Below, in pieces: positions 1-12,200 of a DNA stretch of 64,000 nt. The notes beneath the pieces were generated by a model that saw nothing but the letters and a program-made list of their open reading frames with translations, had not been told where the DNA came from and ran no database searches. Source of the DNA: Macrostomum lignano (taxonomy: Eukaryota). The number at the start of each line of letters is the position of its first letter. The stretch's first letter is position 1. The stretch spans positions 66,136 to 130,135 of the forward strand of contig NIVC01001387.1 in the NCBI GenBank assembly GCA_002269645.1, in the 5' to 3' direction. The translations under genes were made by a program, and so were the position numbers.

Positions 1-1048
1 GCGCTAATTTAAAATTCTAATTTGCTAACCGCAGTAAAACAAAACAGAATTGCACGTTGCGATTACAATTTCTTGCTGATAATAAATTCAGTTAATAATT
101 CTTTTTGCAGGACGTTTATCAATTTACTTGTAAAGCTTCTCTTGTTTGTTTTAATTTTTTCTTCTACAACGGCAGAAAGTTTGTTTAACTAAGAGTATAA
201 GCTTTTCACAAAATGAAAAATTCTAAAAATTAGCAAGTAGCATGCACTGTATTTTACTTGTACTTTTTATTTGAAAAGCAAATGTATTTTATATTATTTC
301 AAGCATTTACTAATAAAAGAGCACCACACAATCTTCTAAATTTCTCAAATCTTTAACAGAATTTTGAATAAGATAATCTCTATGAATTTGTTTTACTAAT
401 TTAGATCTATAGATTGTTCAATACATTCTTACCAGCTGGTTTAAATCTTACAAGTATATAAACATCATTGTTATTAGCTATTTTAGCAGAGTTTTTCTTT
501 CTATTTTTTGTCAACGGCAGTGCCGAATTCTAAGAAATACACAATTTAAATTTATTACGTATGTGTATACAATAAATGCTTGGAAATTAAACTGTCTCGC
601 TATTTTTAAACAATCAGAAACATTTTATTTTTTAAGATGAGAGTTAGTTTTCTTATTATTTTGCTCCACTGCCGATATGCCAATCGAGATTTCGTAGTGG
701 CCTCTTATAATTCGCTGGCTTTAGTGATTAATCTCTCAAGCACACAAGATACGTACGCAGGGAGCAGCTCACACAAGGTGTACAGCAACAAGCCCTGACT
801 TGCTTTGTCACCTGTGGAACCACCGTGCCTTAAGGCTTTGACACGTGTACCGTCATGTTCATGAAAATCAGTTAAGCTAGGTTCAAATCAATCACATATC
901 TAGATACAATGAATAGAGAAAACTCATTTTTACTGCAGTAATAAACTTGGTTTACTGAATGTCTTTTTAAATTAAACCTTAAAGGCATAGCCGCCCAACA
1001 GCGATCCATAGCACAGCGCCGCAGGCAGGGCACCCGAATGGGGGCCCA

Positions 1049-1798
1049 TCACAAGCTCGAAAAGTCACATCGTCGAAAAGCATCCACCATCACAAGCTCG
1101 AAAAGTCACATCGTCGAAAAGCATCCACCATCACAAGCTCGAAAAGTCACAAGCTCGAAAAGTCACATCGTCGAAAAGCATCCACCATCACAAGCTCGAA
1201 AAGTCACAAGCTCGAAAAGTCACATCGTCGAAAAGCATCCACCATCACAAGCTCGAAAAGTCACTTCGTCGAAAACTGACTTAGCAACCACCATCACAAT
1301 CTCGAAAAATCACATCGTCGAAAAGTTTAGCAACCACCATCACAAGCTCGAAGTCACAAGCTCGAAAAATCACATCGTCGAAAAGTTTAGCAACCACCAC
1401 CACAAGCTCGAAAAGTCACATCGTCGAAAAAGTAGGGTTAGGGTTCAGGGTTAGGTTAGGGGTTAGGGTTAGTGCTTGTGCCTTAGGGTAGGGTTCAGGG
1501 TTAGGTTAGGGTTAGGGTTAGTGCTTGCGCCTTAGGGTAGGGTTCAGGGTTAGGTTAGGGGTTAGTGCTTGTTTGTGCCTTAGGTTAGGGTTAGAGTTAG
1601 AGATGGTGGTTGGTAAATCAGTTTTTGACGATGTGACTTTTTGAGCTTGTGATGGACATGGTTGCTAAACTTTTCGACGATGTGACTTTTCGAGCTTGTG
1701 ATGGTGGTTGCTAAATAAGTTTTCGATGTGACTTTTCGAGCTTATGATGGAGCCCTGCTTTCGACGATGTGATTTTCCGAGCTTATGATGGCGACCCC
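1049..1798. mobile_element. Foldback/MITE-like element with sub-repeated inverted arms around a telomere-like (TTAGGG-variant) core
   Basis: Left arm (about 1050-1430) is repeats of CATCACAAGCTCGAAAAGTCACATCGTCGAAAAG. Right arm (about 1605-1798) is the reverse complement (CTTTTCGACGATGTGACTTTTCGAGCTTGTGATG). The core (1431-1604) has GGTTAGGGTTAG runs. No clear TSD. Confidence 0.75.
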
Positions 1799-2147
1799 AC
1801 AAGAGTAGAGACAATGCCTATAAAGTGCAGTAATTAAACAAGTCAGCAAGTAGGTAAGTAACAACAACAAACAACAAAATAATTCTCCCGCCAGCCACTC
1901 AGTGGAATGGAAAAGTCAGAGAGCGCGTCTCTGGGCCATATGGCCCTCCAAAAGTCACACCCCGGCCCTGCTTGGCATCAAGTAAATAAGCAAGAAAGTA
2001 AGTCAGTAACCAAGTAAGGTCTCTTGTATAGCCAATAGTGCATGCTATAATCGCAATTATGGTAGGCTGCCTGGGTTGAAACGCGATTGAAACGCTCTAC
2101 ATTTGTCCGCCGTCACTGTCTATGGTTGAAGCATATTTCAATTATAT

Positions 2148-2792
2148 TCAATTCATATCACTTATAGCCACTGTATATTTCACTGCCAACAAACACAAGA
2201 CCAAACACAACAGGAATGAAACACGAAGTAAACGAAATAATTCAGTAAATAACGCTTGGAAGCTCAAAATGATGTGGCTGGAGAGTTCATCAATAGTTAC
2301 CTCAATTCGCACGTTCCTTGTCTCCAGCACGTACCGATGAATAGACGCCCTGAAGCACACCAGACTTTGGACAGCGTATGGCTTGCCTTCCTGAGTCCTC
2401 AGTGACACAAACCACAGCCGCATATAGGCACAAAGATAGCGGATCGGCATTGTTTCGATGTTGTCCGGCAGTTTCTGGTCCACCAGATATTTTTTGAAGC
2501 GCTTCACATTGAGAGCGGTTTGATCCGTGGTCGATTTGCGTTTGGCAGCCTCTTCGACGTCTTGCACAGCAGCTTCCTCTTCTTCCGTCAGTTCCCGCAG
2601 AAGCTCGGCATTATTCAGAATGCTTGGATTGGACAATTCTGCGTCAATCAACTCCTGCTGTCTTACGGTCACACCGGTCCACTGACTAACTTCTTCACCA
2701 GGATCACGATGTCCAAGTTGCTGCAGAAACTCAATCTCATTCATTTCTAAACCGCTAATATCTTCCTCTAGTATTGATTCCCAGTGAAACAT
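2148..2792 (-). mobile_element. Crypton-like tyrosine-recombinase transposon fragment (N-terminal core-binding region only)
   Basis: KRKSTTDQTALNVKRFKKYL...IETMPIRYLCAYMRLWFVSLRTQEGKPYAVQSLVCFRASIHRYV resembles the Crypton/ZMYM-KCTD1-QRICH1 N-terminal module (F...R..DG..Y...SL.....SI.RYL). No catalytic R-H-x-x-R-Y region is visible. Similarity fades after a possible GTAACT donor near 2320. Confidence 0.7.
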
Positions 2793-3508
2793 GGCTAATT
2801 CCGAACCTTAAAGCTGTTTAAATCTTATTTTCTCTCCCACCCACCAAGAGAAGAATGCTTCAAACTCTATTTGGGTTTCAACCATAGACAGTCTCCGCGG
2901 ACTGCGAAACCGCCACGAAGCATATAGCTAAACCTTTTTCAACCATAGACAGTTTCTGTGGACGTGAAACCGCGTTGTGCATCCGCGCTTCAGCCTACCC
3001 ATAACACTAATATGGACTACTAATACGCGCCTCGGCGTTTCAGTTCACTTCAGTCCTCAACAGCCAGTCTATATTAATATATTCTATATAAAGCAGCTTG
3101 ATAACTTGAAAGGGCTAGACATTTTCAGCCAAGTGTATAAGGATGATAAAATTTGCCATTATCCAATCCGGTGAATTCAGACTTCAGAGTAGATAATAGT
3201 TCATTTGTCATGGCTGACTGTAGTAAATATTAACGTATAAATAGGTTTCTAAAAGCAGGGTTACGACTTATTCTAATTACTAATCCGTGCTGCTGGACTG
3301 TAGGGTTGGTCACAAATCATAAAAAAAAGCTGGATTCTTTCGGAGCTACAGTATAACACTGCCCGTGAAATACGTGGAATAAAAGTACAAATCTTTTTTA
3401 CACAATTTTCTCGGCGTTTTATCAGTAAGGAACGGAGGCTGGGTAACAGTGAGTCATATCCTGCCACAGTCGCCGCAGCACGATCAGCGCAGAAGTCGTG
3501 AAGACACT

Positions 3509-3868
3509 ACGTGAAGTGGGGTATTAGACACAGAGTGAAGTGGGTATTAGACACTGAGTGAAGTGGGGTATTAGACACTGAGTGAAGTGAGGTATTAGAC
3601 ACTGAGTGAAGTGGGGTATTAGACACTGAGTGAAGTGAGGTATTAGACACTGAGTGAAGTGGGTGTATTAGACACTGAGTGAAGTGAGGTATTAGACACT
3701 GAGTGAAGTGGGTGTATTAGACACTGAGTGAAGTGGGGTATTAGACACTACGTGAAGTGGTGTATTAGACACTGAGTGAAGTGGGGTATTAGACACTGAG
3801 TGAAGTGGGGTATTAGACACTGAGTGAAGTGGGGTATTAGACACTGAGTGAAGTGAGGTACTAGACAG
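3509..3868. repeat. Minisatellite, 24-25 bp unit (ACTGAGTGAAGTGGGGTATTAGAC)
   Basis: About 14 directly visible tandem copies; explains ORF 3692..3955. Confidence 0.95.
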
Positions 3869-4761
3869 GTGGAGTGGGAAATCAGACACGGAGTGAAGAG
3901 TAAAATTACAGTGAATGAGGAATAAAAAAACTAACACGCCTGTTAAGTAAAGCAATGCAGAGGAAGGGAAGGGAAGTCAAGCGTACAAAACAGGTACAAT
4001 AATTTTTGCCTGGCACACCAAACGAGGCTGGATTTAAGTTCTAGCAACCTGGCATAGTGAACCTGACATTTCGGAAAACCCGGATGCTTAGAAAAACAGC
4101 ACTTAGAATTAAAGAATCAGAAGACTGCAAGCTAAGAAATAAAAGTATTTGTTATTTTTTGTAGAGACTTAAAGTACACCCAGTACTTTAAAAACAAGTT
4201 AAAAAATGAGTGAAAAGAGCACAACAGTCTCCTTTGAAAGAGGTACTAAAGTACATCTTGTAAAGGCCGCACAATTTAGTAGAAGAAATTATAGCGATTA
4301 CTTAATATATACCGCATGTTGTGTATATTTAGGCATTTACTCTATAACGAACATGTTTTTTGAAGAATAAAAGTTTTTTAAGATTTAGCAAATACTTTAA
4401 AGCTGTACTTTATATGACAAAGGTTTTTTTAAGAACTGTTTCCCAAGATACATTTCTAAGCAAACTTTTTATTTTAATAACTCACTGAAAGACTCCAAAT
4501 AAAAGCAAATTTTGGTGTTGATTTTCCAATTATAAGATTATGTATATACAGAAAAATGTGAAAAAAAAGCAAATGTATATCAAGTAATAAGGCATTAACT
4601 TCATACTTACATAATATAAATATCATAGTTACTTTTGTCATAAATACTCGTACATAAGCTTTAAACAAAATCGAATAAACATGTCAAATGTATAAACCTT
4701 CATACGATTTTTATTAGCTAACGGGCCTACAAGGCATGGAGATGTTAACTCTCTCCCGGAT

Positions 4762-5135
4762 GTCTATTGGCTGACGGGTCATTGAAACACTATCCCTCTT
4801 CTCGATTCCTATTGGCTGACGGACCATTAAAACTGTATTTCTCCCCTTGATTCCTATTGGTTAACGGGTTATTGAAACACTACCCCTCTCCTCGATTTCT
4901 ATTGTCTGACGGTTCATTGAAACAGTATCCCTCATCTCGATTCCTATTGGCTGATGGACCATTTAAACACAATCCCTCTCTTCGATTCCTATTGGCTGAT
5001 GGATCATTAAAACACAATCCGTCTCCTCGATTCCGATTGGCTGACGGGTCATTAAAACAGTATCCCACTCCTCGATTCCTATTGGCTGACGGGTCATTAA
5101 AACACTATCCCTTTCCTCGATGCCTATTGGTCGAG
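4762..5135. repeat. Minisatellite, 45 bp unit carrying an ATTGG (CCAAT) motif
   Basis: About 8 copies of CTATTGGCTGACGGGTCATTAAAACACTATCCCTCTCCTCGATTC just 3' of UBE2F; explains ORFs 4857..5165 and 4880..5068. Confidence 0.9.
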
Positions 5136-5244
5136 CTGACATACCCTCTTTTTTCTCGGTTCTGATTTGGTTAAATCATAATTATTAGAGCAGACACAAA
5201 TGAAAAACTTAATATCTTACTGGTTTCTTATCAGTCTGCATCTG

Positions 5245-5811
5245 TTACTTCCTACAAGCATAGCGACGAATATATTCGCTAACTTTAAGCTTGAACGCCT
5301 GCGGATTGCACCTATACTGATCGGCTGCTTCGGCGTTCAATGCGTCGTGAAAATCACACAGATCGGTGAACAAAGATTCCAAGCCAAGTACGACATCTTT
5401 TAGCGTTCTAGTCGGATACCAGCCGAAACCATCAATGGAGTTCAGGCGCAATAGAGACAGGCAGACTTCGCCTTGTTCGCTCACATTGGGATGCCAAACC
5501 CGGGTCTGACAGGTGACCTCAGGCGGGGCCAGATTATAAGCCTCGGGCACTCGGACTATGAATTTGAAATGCCCACCAGCCCACAGGCCCTCGGCAGGCG
5601 ATATTGTGAGTACAAACTCCGATAGTACACTAGGGTTAGGCAAATGAAGAGTTGTACGCTGTTGAGTGAGCACTTCTTGCAGTTCGGACATCTCTTTTAG
5701 TAGTAGTCGATCGCGAGATGTAGAAATCGTTCTGGTGCGACCGCCGCCGCCGCCGCCGCCACCAGCTGATTCAGCGGCTGCAGCGGCTTGCTGTTGCTTT
5801 AGTTTGAACAT
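5245..5811 (-). CDS. UBE2F: NEDD8-conjugating enzyme UBE2F (intronless)
   Basis: 188 aa with an N-terminal MFKLK extension, RDRLLLKE, and the UBC core PPEVTCQTRVWHPNVSEQGEVCLSLLRLNSIDGFGWYPTRTLKDVVLGLESLF containing the catalytic Cys and the UBE2F-type 'SIDG.GW.PTRTLKDV' motif. Confidence 0.95.
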   Translation of the reverse strand: MFKLKQQQAAAAAESAGGGGGGGGRTRTISTSRDRLLLKEMSELQEVLTQQRTTLHLPNPSVLSEFVLTISPAEGLWAGGHFKFIVRVPEAYNLAPPEVTCQTRVWHPNVSEQGEVCLSLLRLNSIDGFGWYPTRTLKDVVLGLESLFTDLCDFHDALNAEAADQYRCNPQAFKLKVSEYIRRYACRK

Positions 5812-6024
5812 GTGGACGCATGCAAAATGGGGATGGAAACGATTGCAAGTTGGGAGCTATTATAAAAGGCAAAATTTATAAGGAATCTGAAATGTCCGCA
5901 TAAAAATACAATGGGTAGTATCCCAGGGGGTAGGATAACCTGTTGGTGGGAAATATGGAAAGTGAAGCAGTAGGATAGGAAGACGGGATAAGGGTAGAAA
6001 AACCAGAGGGAAAAATGGTGTGAG

Positions 6025-7140
6025 AAAACTGGGGTAGGAATACAGTGGGGCTAGGAATAGTGGGGTAGGAAAACAGTGGGGCTAGGAATAGTGGGGTAGG
6101 AAAACAGTGGGGTAGGAATACAGTGGGGGTAGGAATACAGTGGGGGTAGGAAAACAGTGGGGTAGGAATACAGTGGGGGTAGGAATACAGTGGGGGTAGG
6201 AAAACAGTGGGGTAGGAATACAGTGGGGTAGGAATACAGTGGGGGTAGGAAAACAGTGGGGGTAGGAAAACAGTGGGGGGTAGGAAAACAGATGGGGGTA
6301 GGAAAACAGTGGGGTAGGAATACAGTGGGGCTAGGAATAGTGGGGTAGGAAAACAGATGGGGGTAAGAAAACAGTGGGGGTAGGAAAACAGATGGGGGTA
6401 GGAATACAGTGGGGCTAGGAATAGTGGGGTAGGAAAACAGTGGGGGGTAGAAAAAGTGGGGTAGGAAAACAGATGGGGGTAGGAAAACAGTGGGGTAGGA
6501 AAACAGTGGGGGTAGGAAAACAGATGGGGGTAGGAAAACAGTGGGGGTAGGAAAACAGATGGGGGTAGGAAAACAGATGGGGGTAGAAAAACAGTGGGGG
6601 TAGGAAAACAGATGGGGGTAGGAAAACAGTGGGGTAGAAATACAGTGAGGTAGGAATACAGTGGGGTAGGAATACAGATGGGGTAGGAAAACAGATGGGG
6701 GTAGGAAGACAGTGGGGGTAGGAAAACAGATGGGGGTAGGAAAACAGTGGGGTAGAAATACAGTGAGGTAGGAATACAGTGGGGTAGGAATACAGTGGGG
6801 GTAGGAATAGTGGGGTAGGAATACAGTGGGGGTAGGAAAACAGTGGGGTAGGAATACAATGGGGGTAGGAATAGTGGGGTAGGAATACAGTGGGGGTAGG
6901 AAAACAGTGGGGTAGGAATACAGTGGGGGTAGGAAAACAGTGGGGTAGGAATACAGTGGGGGTAGGAAAACAGTGGGGGTAGGAAAACAGTAGGGGTAGA
7001 AGAAAACAGTAGGATAGGAAAACAGTGGGGGTAGGAATAGTGGGGTAGGAAAACAGTAGGGGTAGAAGAAAACAGTAGGATAGGAAAACAGTGGGGGTAG
7101 GAATAGTGGGGTAGGAAAACAGTGGGGGTAGGATAGGAAT
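6025..7140. repeat. G-rich minisatellite, 17-19 bp unit (AGGAA(A/T)ACAGTGGGGGT)
   Basis: More than 55 tandem copies immediately upstream of UBE2F; explains ORF 5876..7264. Confidence 0.95.
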
Positions 7141-7944
7141 AGTGTTTATATGTTAACAAGTTGGTAGAGAAACAAACGGATGTAACGGGTCTAGGTGACA
7201 GTTTTAAGTAAGCTACATAAAACAATAAGGCCCTAGAAGATAAATTGAAATAAGTTGAACTCATTAGCTAGTTAAGATAGTATACAAATTCTATTAATCA
7301 CATCGCTTTATTTATTTTTAATCAACACCAAACGGACAAATATTGCATCAATCAAAAATGTTATAAAACTCGTAGCAATCACATTATACCTAAAATAACG
7401 AAAAAATCTGATTTTAACTGACAAAATTTTGTTTTTAAATATCATAGGAAATAACCAATTTTCCAACCACAGACTCTCAGAAAAAAGAAACAAATCAAAA
7501 CGATAAAATCTAGACAACACTTGATTATAATATCACTCTTTGTTTGGTCCGAGTAAATTTTTTTTGCATGAACAAAGACGAGTCTCATACGCAAGCTAGT
7601 AAAACGAACTTTACTACAGTGACTAGTGGAATAAATATCAAATATATTGCATATGTAAAAGTGCGTACCAGTTTCAACTGTACCGAAAAGGCTGACATGA
7701 GAAAATAAATATTTCAAGTGCTTTGTGACACAAAAAAATCGAAGCTGCAATTGGATTTACTAATGAAAAATCATTTATAGTCATTACAGACACAAATTTA
7801 TAAAATATTAATTGCATCGAAGAAAGTATAATATAACTTTTACATGTACTATTAAAACCGAAATTTGTAAGTTCGCTTTGAGTGACTGAACATATTTAAA
7901 AAGGGTATTTATTATAGAGAGGGTGGGTCGAGGCCCGAGATAGT

Positions 7945-8445
7945 GAGGGGTTGGTCTAGAGTGATTTTACATTGGGGGAGAGACTATCAGTAAGGGGGTT
8001 GGTCTAGAGTGAATGTACATTAGGGGAGAGACTATCAGTAAAGGGGTTGGTCTAGAGTGAATGTACATTAGGGGAGAGACTATCAGTAAAGGGGTTGGTC
8101 TAGAGTGAATGTACATTAGGGGAGAGACTATCAGTAAAGGGGTTGGTCTAGAGTGAATGTACATTAGGGGAGAGACTACCAGTAAGGGGCTTGGTCTAGA
8201 GTGAATGTACATTAGGGGAGAGACTATCAGTAAGGGGGTTGGTCTAGAGTGAATGTACATTAGGGGAGAGACTATCAGTAAGGGGGTTGGTCTAGAGTGA
8301 ATGTACATTAGGGGAGAGACTACCAGTAAGGGGCTTGGCCTAGAGTGAATCTACATTGGGGTAGAGACTGTCAGTGAGGGGTTGGCCTAGAGTGAATGTA
8401 CATTGAGGAGGGATCGGACCGTCAGTGAGGGGGTTGGTCGGGAGT
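7945..8445. repeat. Minisatellite, 48 bp unit
   Basis: GGGGTTGGTCTAGAGTGAATGTACATTAGGGGAGAGACTATCAGTAA(G/A), about 9-10 copies. Confidence 0.95.
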
Positions 8446-9245
8446 GAATTTTTTACTTTGATTGGAAGAGCGACTGTCAGTGATGAACTGATGAGCTGGG
8501 GGTAAAAGTAGACGAGATTAAAAAATTCTAGATAAAGACAAAAACTGTAATGAAAGTACATGTGAACCTAAAACTTAATTATTTATTGTTGCAGAGAAGT
8601 AACACAAATAGCTAGAAACAGTTTCAATCAAGGATATACGCTCGTATAAATAGACTAAACCCTGAAAAGTGCTCAACGGAAAATTTTCGAATTGCACAGA
8701 GAGATAAGAATGTACAGAGATATTTTATTAAGTACTAAAACTATTAAACTACTGAATATAACACAGATCAAAGGCATAATAAAAAAGCAGTTGCGAGATT
8801 CAAAGTAAAAAATAAGACAATTTTTTAATCGTACATTGATTGCAGAATAGGATCTCATAGTCTAGCTTTCTAAGCTAATTAAATAAATAAACGTAGTTTT
8901 ATACGAACTGATTGTTCGTATACGGTGAAGCACACATGCATCTTAATCAGACAGAATTGATTGACAAAATTCTCAGGCTCTATTGCAGATAGCGATTTCA
9001 GAGGCAAGGAGCATAAGCTCATAATTTTTTATTAAAAACAACAAATAACAATTTATTGTTCAGAGAAAATAGCTCAATGATGAATTGACGACTCTTTGCT
9101 AACCAAATAGAATCTGTATATATATAGTAAATGTTGCTGCCACATATTTTTTTATTATTTGCTTGAATATTGGCCGCCTTGGTACACAATCAATCAATGC
9201 TAATTAGTTAATTATAATAAATTTGCAATGCAGAGCGACAGCTAG

Positions 9246-12200
9246 TTAGAGCCAGTAGAACAGCAGGTAGACAGTCAAACTGATCAGTAGAACCAGAGCA
9301 GATATTGACGGCAGCTCTTGCCACTGAAATTTTACAAAGAAAATTTCGATAATTAATTATAGCAACATAGTTTCTATATAGTTAAGCCATGGATTTTCCC
9401 ACACGGGGGTCATCTGACCCTATTGACCTCCCTGGGCTTGCAATTGTTCTATGAGCGTTCCGCTGACGCAAAAAAATTCGCGAAAAATGATTACATAATA
9501 AAACAATTTTAATTGCGTAATATTTTTCCTCACTGGGTAAAAATACTTATAAAATTCTATAGTTCGCTACTTGTTAGTAGCTTCAGTAGGAATAATAATA
9601 ACAAGATAAAAATAACTGATTACACCTGCAACCGGAAGCTCAGCCGCAGCTATTAGACGGCGCATCTGAAGGCTGCGTACGGCTATTCAGTCCAAGGACT
9701 GGGGGGGGGGGTCGCCACACACCCTCAGGTACCCCAGTTAATGCTGGCACCCATTTTACAGCTGGGTGAACTGAAGCAATGCAGAGTTAAAGTGTCTTGC
9801 TCAAGGACACTAATTGTTCCGAGTGAGTCGAGAATCGAACCCCCGACCTTCAAGACGTGAGCCCGACGCTCTAACCACTAGGCTACAACCACCGTATCAA
9901 ATTAATTCTCTCATTATAAAATTAGAACAATGCAACTCTGCACCTACCAACATCACGGCAATCTGCTGGCGCCAATCAAATCCGATGGTAGAAGAGCTTC
10001 GATCGATACCACAACTTTGCGACGCCGTCGCTTTAGTCGACATGAGCAACGATTCGTCAAGCCATCGCGCCTGCTGTCGCATCTCCTCTAATAGTTGCTG
10101 GGCGCTTTCCCCAAGCTCGGCGCCGCTAGCCAAGTACCGACGCTGTTCGGCATCCAGCCGGCTGATCAGCTCCGACACTCGGCGCTCGGTTGCTAGCAAA
10201 GATTCTGACAAACGGCGATCTTCATCTGCTTCCAAGTCTTCGACGTCATCGTCGTCGTATTCACGGCCGCGGCGGTCGAACTCAACAGCGTCGCCGTCAT
10301 CTGATATCGTCGCTTGTCGATGCTGCTGTCGATAATGATGCCGCCGAATGACCCGACGCAATGTCTGGCCATCGTCGACGATGTCGAAAGCGGCGGCGTC
10401 GGCGGTATCGGCAGTTTCGTTGGCGGTCGCGAGTTCTTCAACTGGCCGACAGGCGCCAGATGCAGATCCGTTGCTAACGGCGTCCAAACAGATGCCGGTT
10501 TTATCCAGCACATAGTCTAGCAGCTCCTCTACCAGGCTGATTTGCACTCCTACGGCTAAGGTGTCGATTGTGGCCGGTGTCCGGCCGACTATGTTAGCAA
10601 CAAGATCGTTGTTGTCCGTGTCTTCGCTGTGCTCAAGCTGAGACTGCTGCTGAGCATCGGCCGCTGCAGTTGAGGATCCTGACAGCATGCCAGCGATTTG
10701 GTCGCATCTGGGAAAATTATTTTGTTTAATTTTGAGATACTCGTATTAGCGTATTCTAGGAAATATAATTGGACTGTACTTTTAAGTCAGGAAAGGGAGT
10801 TTGAGCCTCATTTTCAGAGAGCAGGATTAAAGGTCGACTAACGGCTAATGGCGATCAAATGATTCTAAGAAACAGGGAATATAGAGGGCGATTCTAAGAA
10901 ATTTGGGGTGGGGCTTAAAAACAACTCTAGGATTCTGAGAAATATACGATACTTCTAAGAATTAGGGGTTGAAAGACGTCTTAAAAATGGGATTAAACAA
11001 CGATTTAAAAAAGTTTGATTAAACAACGCTTTTAAAAATGGGCATTACAGGGTGATTGAAAGAAGTTTAAAGATTCTAAGAATATGGGGGTTACAGAACG
11101 ATTCTAAGAAAATGGGGGTTACAGAACGATTCTAAGAAAATGGGGGTTACAGAACGATTCTAAGAAAATTGGGGAGTATAGAATGATTCTAAGAAAATTG
11201 GGGATTACAAAGCGATTCTAAGAAAATGGGAGTTACAGAACGATTCTAAGAAATTGGGGATTGCAAAGCGATTCTAAGAAAATGGGGGTTACAAAACGAT
11301 TCCAAGAAAATAAAACTACAGAACAATTCTAAGAAAACGGGGATTACAGAACGATTCTATGAAAATGGGGAGTACAGAATGATTCTAAGAAAATTGGGGA
11401 TTACAAAGCGATTCTAAGAAAATGGGGGTTACAGAACGATTCTAAGAAAACGGGGATTACAAAACGATTCTAAGAAAATAAAAACTACCGAACAATTCTA
11501 AGAAAATGGGGATTACAGAAGATTCTAAGAAAATAGGAATTACAAAACGATTCTAAGAAAATAAAAACTACCGAACAATTCTAAGAAAATGGGGATTACA
11601 GAAGATTCTAAGAAAATAGGAATTACAAAATGATTCTAAGAAAATAGGGATTACAGAACGATTCTAAGAAAATAGAGATTGCAGAACGATTCTAAGAAAG
11701 GGAAATTAAATGACGGAATTTAGGCCCAGAGAACTTACCTGGCTAACAGATGCTGGCACTCCCGCCCGCCCAGCTCCAATTGAGCCTCTAAATCGGTCAG
11801 CCGGCCAATGATAGCCTCCCGTTCGGCCAGGCCCCTGTCTAGCTCGGCCAGCCAGGCCTCCGCCGCGGCGTTGGAAATCTCAGCTAAATCAACGCCACCT
11901 AGACAGCCGTCTCCAACGTCGCCGACAATGCCAGCTTCTCGAGCGTCGGTGGCAAGCGATTTCAGCCTGGCAACCGCTTGACCGTCGGCCGACAATCGAC
12001 GCCAGGACAATCTTAGCGCCGGCTCATTGCAGACAGATGGGCACAGCTCCTGACCCTGCTGTTGCTGCCTACGCCTTAGACAGGCCAATTTCAAATCTAA
12101 CAGCCGTTCCCTCTGCATTGCCCGCTCTAGACAGCGGGCCAACAATTCAGTCCTGCCTACTCCGCTATCATCGACTGCGTCATCTGTGTCGTCAGCATCG

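Noticed and set aside
660-900. Possible second exon of the Crypton-like ORF on the minus strand
   Set aside because: Acceptor phase does not match the putative donor, and there are no recombinase motifs.
1431-1604. Chromosome end
   Set aside because: Short, degenerate, and internal to inverted arms.
5876-7264. 462-aa ORF
   Set aside because: Translation of a G-rich minisatellite; low complexity with no domain.
9830-9893. tRNA-like sequence (also near 25245 and 41830-41898)
   Set aside because: A and B boxes continue into SINE bodies and tails; no complete cloverleaf.
9814-10520. Antisense or alternate-frame ORFs over GC-rich exons (also 30124-31064, 32023-32933, 48026-49449, 51821-52394)
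   Set aside because: Shadows of real coding sequence with no independent homology.
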